This document shows, piece after piece, positions 49,921 through 64,000 of a DNA stretch of 64,000 nucleotides (the stretch's first letter is position 1; each line of letters begins with the position of its first letter). The notes beneath the pieces were generated by a model. It was not told the origin of the DNA, searched no databases, and saw only the letters and a program-made list of their open reading frames with translations. Source of the stretch: Octopus sinensis (taxonomy: Eukaryota); assembly GCF_006345805.1 (NCBI RefSeq), contig NC_042998.1, positions 27,776,001-27,840,000 of the forward strand, given 5' to 3'. Made by a program: the position numbers and the translations under genes.

Positions 49921-51629
49921 GTACACAGAAAAAGCAAGGAGAGAAACAAGGAGAGAAAAAATGTGTGTAGTGGCTAACGATCTATCATGGCAACCGGTCT
50001 AGGGATCCAACTCACAATCTCACGATCGTAAGCTCGACGCTTTAACCATTAAGCCATATATATCTTTCAAGTTCGTTAACAGGAGACGTTTTCGAGTAAA
50101 CATATAAAAGTTCATATGTTATTTTGTCGGCTACAGCCTAATCACACCAATTTGCAACGGCAGTTTTATGGGGTTGTACCGAGTTACTCGATATAACGTA
50201 AGATATATTTGACATGTAGAAACGCGCGTAGCGATACGTTACTATATTTATAAATTCCATCCATGGATTATATGTAAATAAGTGTTTGCGTATCTTAATG
50301 TTTGCCCATAAGATGTTTTGTAAATATGGGTCTAGTTTTCGGATTTTAGATAGAATAAGTTCATATAAAATTATTATGGGAAGTTGCCTACTCGTTTCAG
50401 TGTCACAAAATATTATTATTCAGTTATGCTATTTTTCGTTCAATGCTTATATAACACCCGAACGTACACACGAGCGTACACACTCACACAGACACATATA
50501 CAATAGATTGTATTTGTGCATTCCGCACAGTTTCCCTTAAAACCTATTAGATGCCCTGAGACTATTTTTGAATTCATTTTCCAAGTGTACGTTGCCTTGA
50601 GATCAAACCTTGAGCTTCGGTCTTGCGATCCAAATTTCTGAACCACATAATCAGTAGCGGCACGTGATTTTTTCCTTTGTGTTCATTCTGTTTCTTTTTT
50701 TAATGATTTCTAAATTTATCCATATAACATACATAATACACACAGCTTGAGTAATTCCTTTATTTTCACTGATAAATCGAATTATTGTAAGAGATGGTCG
50801 TAAATGACTTCTCAAGTTTCAATCGTCAATAACGAATATGAAATCCATACAGTATTTTCTTTAAATAACTCCTATTTACCAATTCTTTAATGCAATGAAG
50901 GCCTCCCGCTGCGTTGTATGAATGAAGTAATTAGCTCCCCACGAAAGTGAAGACAAAACCCGCTGCATATCAGTCAGTGTTCTTCAGTAACAATTGTAAT
51001 AAATATGATATCGCCAATGCTTTGTAATGTCACTTTATAAGAACTAATATTTACAAATGAAACGGACATGTTGAGCTATTTCCGTTTCGCTTTATTATCA
51101 GTATTCGTTTAGTTTTGTAATTATTTACTTATTTACTCAGAGACCAAAAAGCAAAGTAGAATTTAAATATGCTTGCTGAAACATTATTTTACCCAATTTA
51201 GCACGTTACTGTAAAATGATCTGAAATATAACTGAAGCAAAATATAAAGCACAAAAGTGTACACGTATATTTGAACCAAACTTCTGTTAACACAAGCTCT
51301 GTTGTGCAAATTCTTTCTCACTTTCTCTTGGTAAAGAATATTTACTTTGTTTTATTTTCCCATTTAACAGTAGCCCCAACAATCCAATGACATTTGTCAC
51401 CGCTCGTTCGACCTCCCTAAGTCATCATTTTCTCTTATTCTTCAAAGTTGTAGTAATTATCCTTCAGTCTTACGATTCCCAATCTATTAAGATAGCACAG
51501 ATAAATATTTAATCTCTCCAGACACTAGACTCCTGTGATGCTGCATTGCATAGCATTTAAACTACCGTTTGAAATATTTGTATTACTGCTTGTCCACGCA
51601 TTAGTTTCACTATTTTCAAGGATTTTATG

Positions 51630-51826
51630 CAGTAATCCCTCGCGATATCGCGGATCACCTATCGCGGTTCATTATTTAAGCGTGGTGTTGTTTTGCATTT
51701 ATAATAAAATAGTTATATACAAATTATAAAAAGAATATACAGAACAGTAATGTTTCTACTTCGCGGATTTTCACCTATCGCGGGAGGTTTTGGAACGTAA
51801 TACCCGCGATAGTCGAGAGATTACAG
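51630..51826. mobile_element. Tigger/pogo-like MITE
   Basis: Imperfect TIR CAGTAATCCCTCG..TATCGCGG / CCGCGATAGTCGAGAGATTACAG. Confidence 0.75.
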
Positions 51827-51859
51827 TATTTCGAAAACATTCAATTTATATTCGTTTCT

Positions 51860-52135
51860 ACTCTATAGACAAGGCCAGAAATTTTGGGAGAAGGGGCCAG
51901 TCGATTAGATCGGTCTCAGTACACAACTGGTACTTCATTTATCGACCCCGAAAGAATGAAAGGCAAAGTCGACCTCGGCGGAATTTGAACTGAGAATTTA
52001 AAGACAGACGAAATACCTATTTCTATTTCTTTACTACCCACAAGGGGCTAAACACAGAGGGGACGAACAAGGACAGACAAAGGGATTAAGTCGATTATAT
52101 CGACCCCAGTGCGTAATTGGTACTTATTTAATTGA
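51860..52135 (-). mobile_element. SINE B with a 5'-truncated B' at the GTATTTC site
   Basis: GACGAAATAC|CTATTTCTATTTCTTTACTACCC junction. Confidence 0.82.
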
Positions 52136-52959
52136 AAAAAAAAAAATGAACTCTCATCCCAGCATCTACACATCATGATATTTTTGTGATCTGATAACCA
52201 TACGCCAAATTTTAGTCTAGGAAACACTGAACGAAAAATATATATACGAAATGAAAGATTAATAAATGAGACCGTAGCAAGGTTTGTTTGTGAATTAATT
52301 ACAAAACATAGTTTATATAAATTCCCGGTGTATCTGCGCCTATGGAATTCATATATTTTCAATTTAAACGCTGCAGTCAGAAAAAAGAAATATTCATTGC
52401 CTCTACCAGATGTGATATGACATAAAATACAATAATGTAATCTTGCTTAAATTTATGCATAGACAGAAAAACCATATTTAGCGATATTATTAGAAGTTAT
52501 ATACCAATACGCAATATCACAGACTGAAATATAATCTAGCTGTTATAAATGAACTATGAAGTGTTCTATATTGATAAATAAGAATCACTAGGTTTTTTTA
52601 ATGAAATAAAACCTTAAGATTTAATAAAATTTAATCGTTTTACATGCAAGACAGTATTTGTTAGGGCTCTACCGTACACGCAGATACACACATATGCACA
52701 CAACTGCTCCCATGTACAAGCGTGTGTGTCTGCGCATGATCATGTCTTTCTACATGTAAAACACCACCAGTTCGTTTCTGCTCAATAGTGTTCTTAAGTA
52801 GGGTATCATGATTGTTGTACAATTGCTTTTCCGCTAAGCTGAGCAGGCACACCCATATAATATCGATAAAATTCCTATAAAATGCAAAGTATGTTTACTG
52901 GTTATCTTCGTATATACACAAACACACGCGCATAATTTTATACACACGTACACCACATA

Positions 52960-53600
<641 letters not shown>

Positions 53601-54625
53601 AAGATAAACAGAGAAGTATATTGATAATAGATAAATACATAAACACATACATGCAAGCAGTACGCACACTCCTTGATGAATGCATTTATGACTGTTTCTA
53701 ATTTGCATATCTGTTATTTTCTCACTGGAGAACGTATTTCTGGATTTGTCTGCAATCATCTGGTATTCTTGAAATATAATCAATAAATGAATAATACATC
53801 ACGACCAATATTCATCTCGATGTATCTTGCAGAATAATTGGCAATTCATCAAATGCCGTATATTAGTCCATAAAGCTGAATATACAGAGTTCTGCTTCGT
53901 TTTGAATGTTCACTTGGCTTCTTACTGACCATTGGGAAAAACTACTGCAGTATGCTAACTTTATATTTCCTTAGTGTTAACTGTAAATGTAAGATATTTC
54001 GACTTGCAGGGAAATTGTCGTTTATTATCCAGAGATATTTAATTAATGATCGTGTATGTGTTGTGCGTTTGCTGTGTAACTTCTTGAGTTACATCAGGAA
54101 AAGTTTAAGGATCACGTAAAGAATTTGTTTGATTTTTGCATAGACAAATTCTATGCATTGGAATTAGAATGTAGTTCAGAACGTTCATTTGATGTTTCTT
54201 TCCATTTCTATTTGCGAAATGCTTTATACGTCGCAGCCTGTTTGCTCAGATCTCACACAATAGCCGTGACAACTTTAATAGTATTATGTTGCCTTAGAAG
54301 TGGTTCTCATTCAAGAACTTAGGTTGCACTAACGATATTCTTGCATTTCTCTCGACATTATTAGCAGTGCCCATTGGGGTTCAATGATTTATATATTGTT
54401 CCTTGGTACCGAAGTCGTAGAAGAATATTCATAGAAAATTATGGAAAATTATGGAAAATTATAAGCGCAGGAGTGGCTGTGCGGTAAGTAGCTTGCTTAC
54501 CAACCACATGGTTCCAGGTTCAGTCCCACTGCGTGACACCTTGGGCAAGCGTCTTCTACTATAGCCTTGGGCCGACCAAAGCCTTGTGAGTGGATTTGGC
54601 AGACGGAAACTGAGGGAAACCCTTC

Positions 54626-54665
<40 letters not shown>

Positions 54666-54726
54666 TTTTATATTTCGGAATGGTCATATTGCCAGTTTAG
54701 CCAATAAACGTACTAATATATATATG

Positions 54727-54982
54727 TATCTGTAAATATATGTGACAATTATTCGGTAGCCATGATAAAACTCCAACTTTCGGATGTCGGGGCGGAAACC
54801 CACGCCGCCATCTCTTCAGTTATTGGGTCATCGAAAATATGTTATGAAAAATCTTGCAGAATAGCATTTCTTCGATAGCCCGATAACTGAAAAGATGGCG
54901 GCGCGGGTTCCGCCCCGACATTCGAAACTCGAGAGTTTTATCATGGCTACTGAATAATTGTCACATATTATATTTACAGATA
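54727..54982. mobile_element. Inverted repeat (about 110-bp arms), each arm with a damaged hammerhead
   Basis: Minus motif 54765-54823: AUAA CUGAAGA GAUG..CAUCC GAAA GUUGGAGUU UUAU. Plus motif 54883-54941: AUAA CUGAAAA GAUG..CAUUC GAAA CUC-GA-GAG UU UUAU. Confidence 0.8.
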
Positions 54983-55012
54983 AATTCCTCTTTCATTCTT
55001 TGTTGTCTTACC

Positions 55013-55531
<519 letters not shown>

Positions 55532-57002
55532 TATATGTATATGTGTGTGTGTGTGTGTATGTGTGTGTGTGAATGTTTGTGTGTCTGAGTTAGTCCCCAC
55601 AACATCGCTTTATAACCGATATTTGGGTTGTTTACGTCCCCGTAAATGAGCGATTCGTCAAAAAAGAATAAGTACTAGGCTTATAAAGAATAAGTCCTGG
55701 GATCGACTGAAGGCGGTGATCCACAATGGCCGCAGTCAAATGACTGAAACAAGTAAAAAAAATAAAAGGATAAAAGAATAAAACTGTCAGTGCTACCTGA
55801 TTTAAAACTTTCTCTCTTTTATGCGACATATTGGTTATTGATTGTATATCATGAAATGTTAAAAAAAATTTATTGAATTCTGAAAGCTTGAAATGCATTC
55901 TAACATATCGTATTCATACTTTGATGTACACGATTTTCGATAAATTTTAAAAATCGGTTGAATATTTCCTCTTGAAGTATATATATTTATTATTAAAAAT
56001 ATCTAATAAATATCTTTGCAAAATACTAATAGCATTGTAAATTATTATACATTCTATGTAATTGATGGTATATAATAATTTATTTTTCGAATTATTTCTT
56101 TCATTAAAACCAGAACCGTTTAAAAAGTAATCGTTAAGTTATTCAGGCAATGTGATTTTAATTTCAGTGATTTCGAAGTTCAAACTTTTGGATAAGATCG
56201 ATAACTAAATAATCTATCTGTCTATGAATACACCCCACCACACACACACGCACGCACGCGCGCACCACACGCACGCACGCGCGCACCACACGCACACACA
56301 CACATGTATGCGTGTGTATATGTGTATATGTCTAAAAAAAACATCATGTTTTGGGATAACGGTGTAAAATATAGTTTGCATGCTTACGCTTAAATACAAT
56401 TATTTCTCCGTTCTTAAGTGAAAAGGCTGTTGCTAGTGAACAAAGTTTGGAACGACTCGACTAGTTTCGCCATATATAAATTTATACACACATATACCAA
56501 TTTGTCTGTGTCTGTGTTTGTGGTCTGTCTGTGCATGTGTATATTGAGAGGGACACATATTAAAAAAAATAGGATAACTAATTAATATGATATCGACGAA
56601 AGTAAAATGTAGATTGTTATTTCGAAGAATGTCAACATTTTACATATTCCTATACGAACATATTTTTCGATGAGTCTTACACAGTTGGCAAGAGTTAATC
56701 TAAGGACTTCTAATACATTTTATCATGAGTGGCAGAATTAGTTGAGCGTTTGGAAAACGCGTTGTCATATTTAAAACGCATTCGGGTTTTCAGTTAAAGT
56801 TTCGACAGAATCGGACGCCAGTTGTATCCTTCCGGATCAACAACGCGATAGCACATGAAACAATAAGGTATTCGGGTCGCTACAACTGTGACTATATTTA
56901 ATTTGTGATCTTACCTTTTTAAGTCAGTATCGATGTTAGATTTTATAAGTTTACTTAAGTTAATTCTCCAAAAAGAAAACGATAAATACATATTAGATAT
57001 AA

Positions 57003-57366
57003 CTAGCACTATGACCCGGCGTTGCCGGGTCATAGTGCTAGTGCATGCATATACAGCTGCGTGCGTGCGTACATACACGCGAGTAATGTCCAAATCTCCG
57101 ACCAATCACATACAGCTAGCTGGCATTCAATTGGTGTATCAAGTTTCGGGTATTTTGATTGGGTTTTGGATAGAAAATTCACAAAAATGTCACTTCTATT
57201 GATTTTTTATTGGCTTTGCGGGGTAACTGGGGAAATGTAAAACCGTCCACCCTTGGACGGTTTTGAATGACCATAGAAAGTGCGAGCCCTCTAACTGATA
57301 AATTGTGGATTTGTATAAAGGACACACACACACAGACAGACATTTTGCCGTTTATATATATAGAGA
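57003..57366 (-). mobile_element. Non-autonomous Helitron with a palindromic 3' end
   Basis: A|CTAG end, hairpin 57002-57042, other end TATAGAGA|T. Confidence 0.75.
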
Positions 57367-57914
57367 TGATCAGAACCTATTCCTATCATTTGCACAGAGG
57401 AAACCGAATTTCGAGCAATTTATTAGTATTCGAAAAATAGCTTTCAAAAATGAAACTCATTCCCCAGTCAAAACTGCACTTAAAAAATTTACCTACAATG
57501 CAGGTGTTAAATATGATGGCAGTGCGATCAGTAATTGGAAAAGTGCAAACCATAAAACAGCTGTTCTGATTCAGCTATATTATAAAAGTTCGAATTTGAA
57601 AGGATAGAGAAACTGTGTCAAAATCACAAACAACATTTCATGTCAAGTGTTTTCTCTGTGATTCATATATTGTTATGTACATTAAAATGGGATTTCACTT
57701 TACACAGCAGAACGTTAGGAGATCAATTTGCAGCTGCTTCACCATTCATGCAGAGTTTCCTAAATTGTGGAATGGAAAATGTTTTATGATAGAAAACTTT
57801 TATACTAGAAATGCCAGACAATTTTATGTACAATATAATAGTAAAAAACATCACGTGTTTATACGGATATTGTAGACACTCACAAATATATCTGTGCAGG
57901 TACAGAAAAAAGTG

Positions 57915-57966
<52 letters not shown>

Positions 57967-58187
57967 ACACACACATATATGCATACAAATACAACGAAGA
58001 TTTTATAGTAGTTTACAATGTAGACCATGAATTATACTAGTTTTGCAGTTAAGTCATGTGGTTGGGTGACATTTATTACTGACGTTTTCCTGGGGGGTGA
58101 AATACTTTAAATAATTCGTATCATATGGGTGTATGAAGTTTACTACAAAATGTACAGAAAATCTTTCCCTCTTATAACATAATTCTA

Positions 58188-58530
58188 ACTTACTTGTACT
58201 TTACTTGTACTTGTGACGGCATTCACCCAGGGCAGGTTGAGCCGGCTACTTCTCTGGTTCTAACGGCATCACGAACCATGGCGTCCCACGCTCGACGGTC
58301 CCGTGCGAGGTCACTGGAGATAGCGAGCCATTCGCGGTTCCATCTGCGTAGACCGACCACTTGCGGACCTGAGAGTTCGGAGATGTCCTCCTTTATCGTC
58401 GTTGCCCAGGTCTTCATCTGTCCGCCCTTGCGTTTGCGCCAGTTGGGGAGTGGAGGTGGGAGGAGGACATCGTGAATCAGCTCACCCTCTAGACGCCGGG
58501 CCGCATGACAGAACCACCTTAAGCGCCATT
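58188..58530 (-). mobile_element. 3' end of an RTE-clade LINE
   Basis: RLRWFCHAARR..ELIHDVLLP..RKRKGGQMKTW..LARDRRAW motif followed by a short (CAAGTA)-type tandem tail. Confidence 0.85.
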
Positions 58531-58764
58531 GTATAACATAATTCAGTGCCAAGTAAATGAAATAATATTGTACAGTCATGACATACATAAGTATAAGAAT
58601 AGAATTAAACTTCTAAAAGTATGAAGTAGAAATCAGTTCGAATAATGATATTAAGTGCAGTACAATTGCAAATAGTTGTCTGATGTATTGATTATGAAAA
58701 TAAATAAGAATTAAACGGCACAAAAGACTTGAAAAATATTAAGTGTCACGTGTTATTTATTCTT

Positions 58765-59540
58765 TTGTACTCTAGGCTCAAGGCCCGAAATTTTAGGGGA
58801 TGGGGCAGTCGATTAGATCGACCCAAGTACGCAAATGGATATTAATTTATACACTGAAAGGCAATTTAAACACAGAACGTAAAGACAGACGAAATACCTA
58901 TTTCTTTACTGCTCACAAGGGGTTAAACACAGAGCGGAGAAACAAGGACAGACAAACGGATTAAGTCGATTATATCGAACCCAGTGCGTAACTGGTACTT
59001 ATTTAATCGACCTCGAAAGGATGAAAAGCAAAGTCGACCTCGGCGGAATTTGAACTCAGGACGTAACAGCAGACGAAATACCTATTTCTTTAGTACCCAC
59101 AAGGGGCTAAACACAGAGAAGACAAACAAGGACAGACAAACGGATTAAGTCGATTACATCGACTCCAGTGCGTAACTGGTACTTAATTTAAGGCGGCGAG
59201 CTGGCAGAATCGTTAGCACGTCTGGCGAAATGCGTAGCTGTATTTCGTCTGCCATTACGTTCTGAGTTCAAATTCCGCCGAGGTCGACTTTGCCTTTCAT
59301 CCTTTCGGGGTCGATAAATTAAGTACCAGTTACGACTTATTCCGCTTGTCTGTCCTTGTTTGTCCTCTCTGTGTTTAGCCCCTTGTGGGTAGTAAAAAAA
59401 TAGGTACTTAATTTATCGATCCCGAAAGAATTAAAGGCAAAGTCGACCTCGGCGGACTTTGAACTCAGAACGTAGCGGCGGACGAAACACCGCTAAGCAT
59501 TTCGCCCGGCATGCTAACATTTCTGGCAGCTCGTCGCTTT
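58765..59540. mobile_element. SINE B/B' cluster in both orientations
   Basis: Minus array about 58765-59190, plus B' 59190-59405, minus fragment to 59540. Confidence 0.85.
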
Positions 59541-60319
59541 GTCACATGATATTTATTAAACATGCAATAATGATCAAAATTGAAATCTTAAATTAAAGCA
59601 TGAGATAAAATTTTAAAACGAAAATTGAATCCTAAATTAATGTAATGAATAAATATAAATGTATTCATAGTATACTGAATTAACTCTTTGTTTGATTCAC
59701 AGAAATGTCTAATATCTTAAAAGTATCTTTCATAATATCCTAATAAAGATTTACGAGAATCTTGCTAAGAATAAAAGAAAGCTGTTTGCGACTTAAGAAA
59801 AATATCCACCACATCAATATAAACACTTAAGCCGCATTGGTCAATGTTTTTATATACAATTCATAGCTTCATAGAAATACTTTATTTGCTAGCATGTCAG
59901 ATTTATTGTTTTTTCTTTTTCGTTTGCTACATCCTGAATAAATCACTAACAGGGAAGATTTCTTTATAAAATTGGCAGAAATCCAAACGGTTCAGAGAGC
60001 AATACAGTCAATTACCTCTACTACAGAACTTCAGAAGTACTTATTGTATTGACAGCGAAGGGAGAAACGGCGAATTCGACCCCCCAGCGTTGTTTGAATT
60101 GGAAACAAAACTAAACGAAAGTAACCAAATACAACAAAGAACTTTCTCCGGATTTTGATGATTCTGGCATCCAATGTACTTCATCAGAGACAATATTAAT
60201 TTCTTGCCTTGGCGCAGAGTCATAAATTTACTAGTTTGGATTATAGTCAATTAAAATGATTCCCAGTATGTCACTAAGACAGTAAATTGGTAGAGTTATT
60301 GCATAACTTGCGGTATTGG

Positions 60320-60602
60320 CTCTATATTTAAGAGATGAGGAGTTATGTACATTATTTACATTTGACGGATATTTGTCCTCATCTTGTTTGTTGTTAACAC
60401 AACATTTTGACTGATATGCCCTCTAACCTTCATCAGGTGTCTTGGGGAAATTTCGAACTTGGGTTCTCATTCCTAAGACAGTCGTCGTCGTCGTCGTCCG
60501 TCGTCCGTCGTCCGTCGTCGTCGTCCAGGTCACGGCCTAGAATCAAACTCGGAATATAGGGTTAGGAGCCCACGCTCTCAACCACCAGTGGTTAAGAGCG
60601 TG
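60320..60602 (-). mobile_element. tRNA-headed Penelope-like element with a decayed hammerhead (60396-60441)
   Basis: GACAC CUGAUGA A GGUUAGAGGGCAUAUCAGUC AAAA UG UU GUGUU; head GTGGTTGAGAGCGTGGGCTCCTAA...CCGAGTTTGATTC; 15-bp fold-back at the 5' end. Confidence 0.72.
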
Positions 60603-62960
60603 GAGCTACTTTTCTCTCTGTTTCAATTTAAAAAGAATGAGTAGCATTAAATATTTTATTAATTTCAATATTTTACAAAATATGACCCAAAGAAAATATG
60701 CAAATGAAGAATAATTATAATTAAATAACTGCTTTTAGTTCAGTGTCGGTAACGTATCAGAGACATGGTATTCCATATTTCTTTACGTCAACTTGTTTTG
60801 ACATATTCACTTTTTTGAGGTGAATAAGATATGTGCCAATAACTAACTGTGTCGATTTGATCAGCTGTACTCCTCCGCACCATCGGTGGTTTTGTTTCCA
60901 TTTAAGAATTGAATATCATTATTTCCTAAACTAGTTTTCCTGCGAAAATTAAGATAACATATTTTCCTAACAATAATATTTCTTGAGTAATTTAATTTCT
61001 ATTAATTGTATAAGGTGGTACGAACGAATGAAGTAAGAATTTTTCTCTTAATAAATTTCAGAAATTACAATCAATATTTGATGGTTAATAAAGCATCAAG
61101 CTGGCACAATCATGAGCACGCCGGAAAAAATGCTTAGCAGCATTTCGTCCGTCTTTAGGTTCTGTGTTCAAATTCCTGTCATTTTTTCGTGGTCGATAGA
61201 ATACTGGGGTCGATGTAATTGATAGCCTGGTGCCAAAATTTCAACCGATATTTGATGGTTAATGAAAACGAAAATTAAGTTTCTTCGAGATGTTTGCATA
61301 TCAATGAATAACATTCCGTCGGAACTAATAATGCATTTATCAGTAAAATAAAAACAAACTTCCGTAATTTGGTAGGCGGAAACTGAAACAAAACCTCATC
61401 ATATGTGTGTGTGCGAGTATTATATATCTATGAGTGTGTCTGTGTTTGTGCCCCACTGCCGCTTGACAACCGGTGCTGGTGTTTTCACGTTTCCGTAAAT
61501 TAGCGGTTCAGCAAACGAGTTCAATAGAATAAGTACCAGGACTTAGGCAAAAATGTACTGGGGTGCGATTCCTTCGATTAAAATTCTTCAAGATGGTGCC
61601 CCTGCATGGCCGCAGTCTAATAACCGAAACGACTAAAAGATCATCGTATGAAAAATTATCACAGAAAGATAATATTAAAATTATAACATAAATGTGGTTT
61701 TAATTTAAACAAATGACCGTCTCCTCCGTTATAGATTGCAATTTCGTAATTAATGTTGATATTTTTTTGTCTCTCCAATGATGGCTTTATTTTTGTTCAC
61801 CCATTCGTTATCTCCATACTATGGATGTCAAAAACATCATAGTAACTTTTTTCTGATGCTGGTGTCATTTCCCAGGGAACATAAGTCAACATCGTCCTGT
61901 TATGTACAGAGTCGAGCATCGCATTAAACATCGATGCCGATTGGTAGAATAAATTTTTCGCTGTTATTTTATGAAGGATATTACTATTCGTAAGAAACAG
62001 TCTATCACCCTCTCGGTTTCTATAGCAACAGAGTAATTTTTCTGCAGTATCAATTTTTTTCTTAAGAATAAGAGCAAAAAAAAAAAAAAAGGACACAACA
62101 GAAAACAAACAACAAAACCTCCAAAAAGCCAATCAAAACAAGTATTATACATCCAGCATTTTTATGTGACTGAGATTTTACATTGGTAATGACATTGATT
62201 TTAATATTTGCTATATGTTCATATTGATTTTTGTGAGAAGTCTTTGCATTTGTTTGATAGAATAAAGAAAAAAACAGAAGCGAAACACAAACACGTCTCA
62301 ATCCTTTCATTTCTGCTGTTAAACAACATTACTCCTATTATTTTATATATTTGGATGTATTTGATATATGCTTTATCCGAAACTCTGTTCTGATTGAAAA
62401 AAAACCCATATAATATAGATAAATAAATAATGAGCTAGCGAGGGAGAGAGAAAAGTTAGAGTAAAATTGATAGAAAGACAATGGATGAGAGGGAAAAAAA
62501 AAGAGAATCGAAAGACCTACAAAGAAGGAAAGGATGGGTGAGGAATATATAGAGCCAGATAAACATTGGTCGTAGAATATGAGACTATTGACGTGTCAGA
62601 TTTCGTTAAAAAATTCAATTTTTATTTATCCTAAGCTGTTTACAATGAATAAGTTATATTTCACAAAGACGTTCATTTACAGTGGAATGTGTTTACGTCA
62701 CTCAGTTCCAATATTTTTTAAGCTTGGTGTAAAAGTTTTATCTACAATTCTATAACATATACAATTTTTATCAGCCATTGAATATTTTCTATGTACACAT
62801 TGAATACTTAAAATAAGCCACCATTATTCAATTTCAATTTAAGCTTTCTGTGGTTAAAATATGCCATTATTAAAACTGGTAAATGTATGACAATCTCCTG
62901 TTTATTCTGTTTTATGACAATTCATTTTATACATGTTTTCCAGTCTCATTTTCCACATAT

Positions 62961-63369
62961 AGGCGTTGGAGTGGCTGTGTGATAAGTAGCTTGCTTACCA
63001 ATCACATGGTTCCGAGTTCAGTCCCACTGCGTGGCACCTTGGCCAAGTGTCTTCTACTATAGCCTCGGGCCGACCAAAGCCTTGTGAGTGGATTTGGAAA
63101 ACAGAAACTGAAAGAAGCCCGTCTGATATATATATATATATATATATATATGTGCGTGTTTGTGTGTCCGCGTTTGTCCCCCAACATCCATTTACAACCG
63201 ATGCTGGTGTGTTTACATCCCCGTAACTTAGCGGTTCGGCAAAAGAGACCGATAGAATAAGTACTAGGCTTCCAAAGAATAAGTCCTGGAGTCAATTTGC
63301 TCGACTAAAGGCGGTGCTCCAGCATGGTCACTGTCAAATGACTAAAACAAGTAAAAGAGTAAAAGAGTA
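62961..63369 (+). mobile_element. Complete SINE family A
   Basis: tRNA-like head with A/B-box-like motifs, short internal (TA)n, (TAAAAGAG)n tail. Confidence 0.9.
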
Positions 63370-63399
63370 TATAAAACATTTACTCTCTACTAATAAAAC

Positions 63400-63630
63400 C
63401 ATTTCTATTTCTTTATTACCCAGAAGGGGCTAAACATAGAGGGGACAAACAAGGACAGACATAGGTTTTAAGTCGATTACATCGACCCCAGTGCGTAACT
63501 GGTACTTAATTTATCGACCCCGAAAGGATGAAAGGCAAAGTTGACCTCGGCGGAATTTGAACTCACAACGTAACGACTGACGAAATACCGCTAAGCATTT
63601 CGCCCGGCGCGCTAACGTTTCTGCCATTTC
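63400..63630 (-). mobile_element. SINE B' not nested in another SINE
   Basis: Tail TTTCTATTTCTTTATTACCCAGAAGGGG abuts unique sequence next to the SINE A tail. Confidence 0.85.
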
Positions 63631-64000
63631 TGAATATACGTTTGTATATGGGTTATAATTTAAGAGGTTAATACCTACAGATTATGAATAACCATATACT
63701 GCTTTTCCCAAATTTGTAGGAAGCGATGGACAAAATGCATTATGGCATTTAGTAAAATTTCTTTATATTCTGAGTTTGATCCCCGTTGAGGTTAACTTCT
63801 GTATTTTTATCCAACACTTGTTAATATATAATTTAAATATCAATCGAGTATTAAGTGCAATTTAATCAATTATCCTTCACCAGAAATCTGAAGCTGTAGA
63901 CACATTATAAACCAATATTAATAATTGAAAGTTCAAATGAACTTTTAATTGTGCAAATAAATCTCATGTTTTTCCAAATTTTCTGCAATGAAGGATATAT

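Noticed and set aside
50195-50240. GAAACGCGCGTA, resembling a palindromic HHR stem III
   Set aside because: No CUGANGA and no stem I or II pairing upstream.

Overview
AT-rich animal genomic DNA, most likely an octopus/coleoid cephalopod (inferred from its tRNA-derived SINE families and long (TA)n tracts; not checked against a database). It looks intronic or intergenic, and I found no credible host exon. Most ORFs in the track are microsatellite or SINE artefacts. The only recognisable protein-coding remnants belong to two Tx1/L1-clade LINEs (one full-length but frameshifted, one 5'-truncated) and two RTE 3' fragments. Two themes stand out. (1) There are about 15 type I hammerhead ribozyme (HHR) motifs from about 8 unrelated repeat families, 8 with an intact or compensated core. 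They include a 362-bp tandem array with a rare U3-A8 core (retrozyme-like), a 546-bp circularly permuted unit in tandem plus inverted form, and a perfect 106-bp palindrome carrying one HHR per strand. Nearly all abut (TA)n, as expected for Penelope-like or retrozyme insertions. (2) Both Tx1-like LINEs sit in the same short window of the same tRNA-derived SINE head, in the same orientation and with TSDs. A variant of that SINE ends in the LINE's 3' stem-loop tail and forms nested tandem arrays, suggesting a SINE-targeting LINE with a self-targeting partner SINE. Coordinates were counted by hand, and SINE boundaries are approximate. SINE family letters A, B, B' and C are my own labels.
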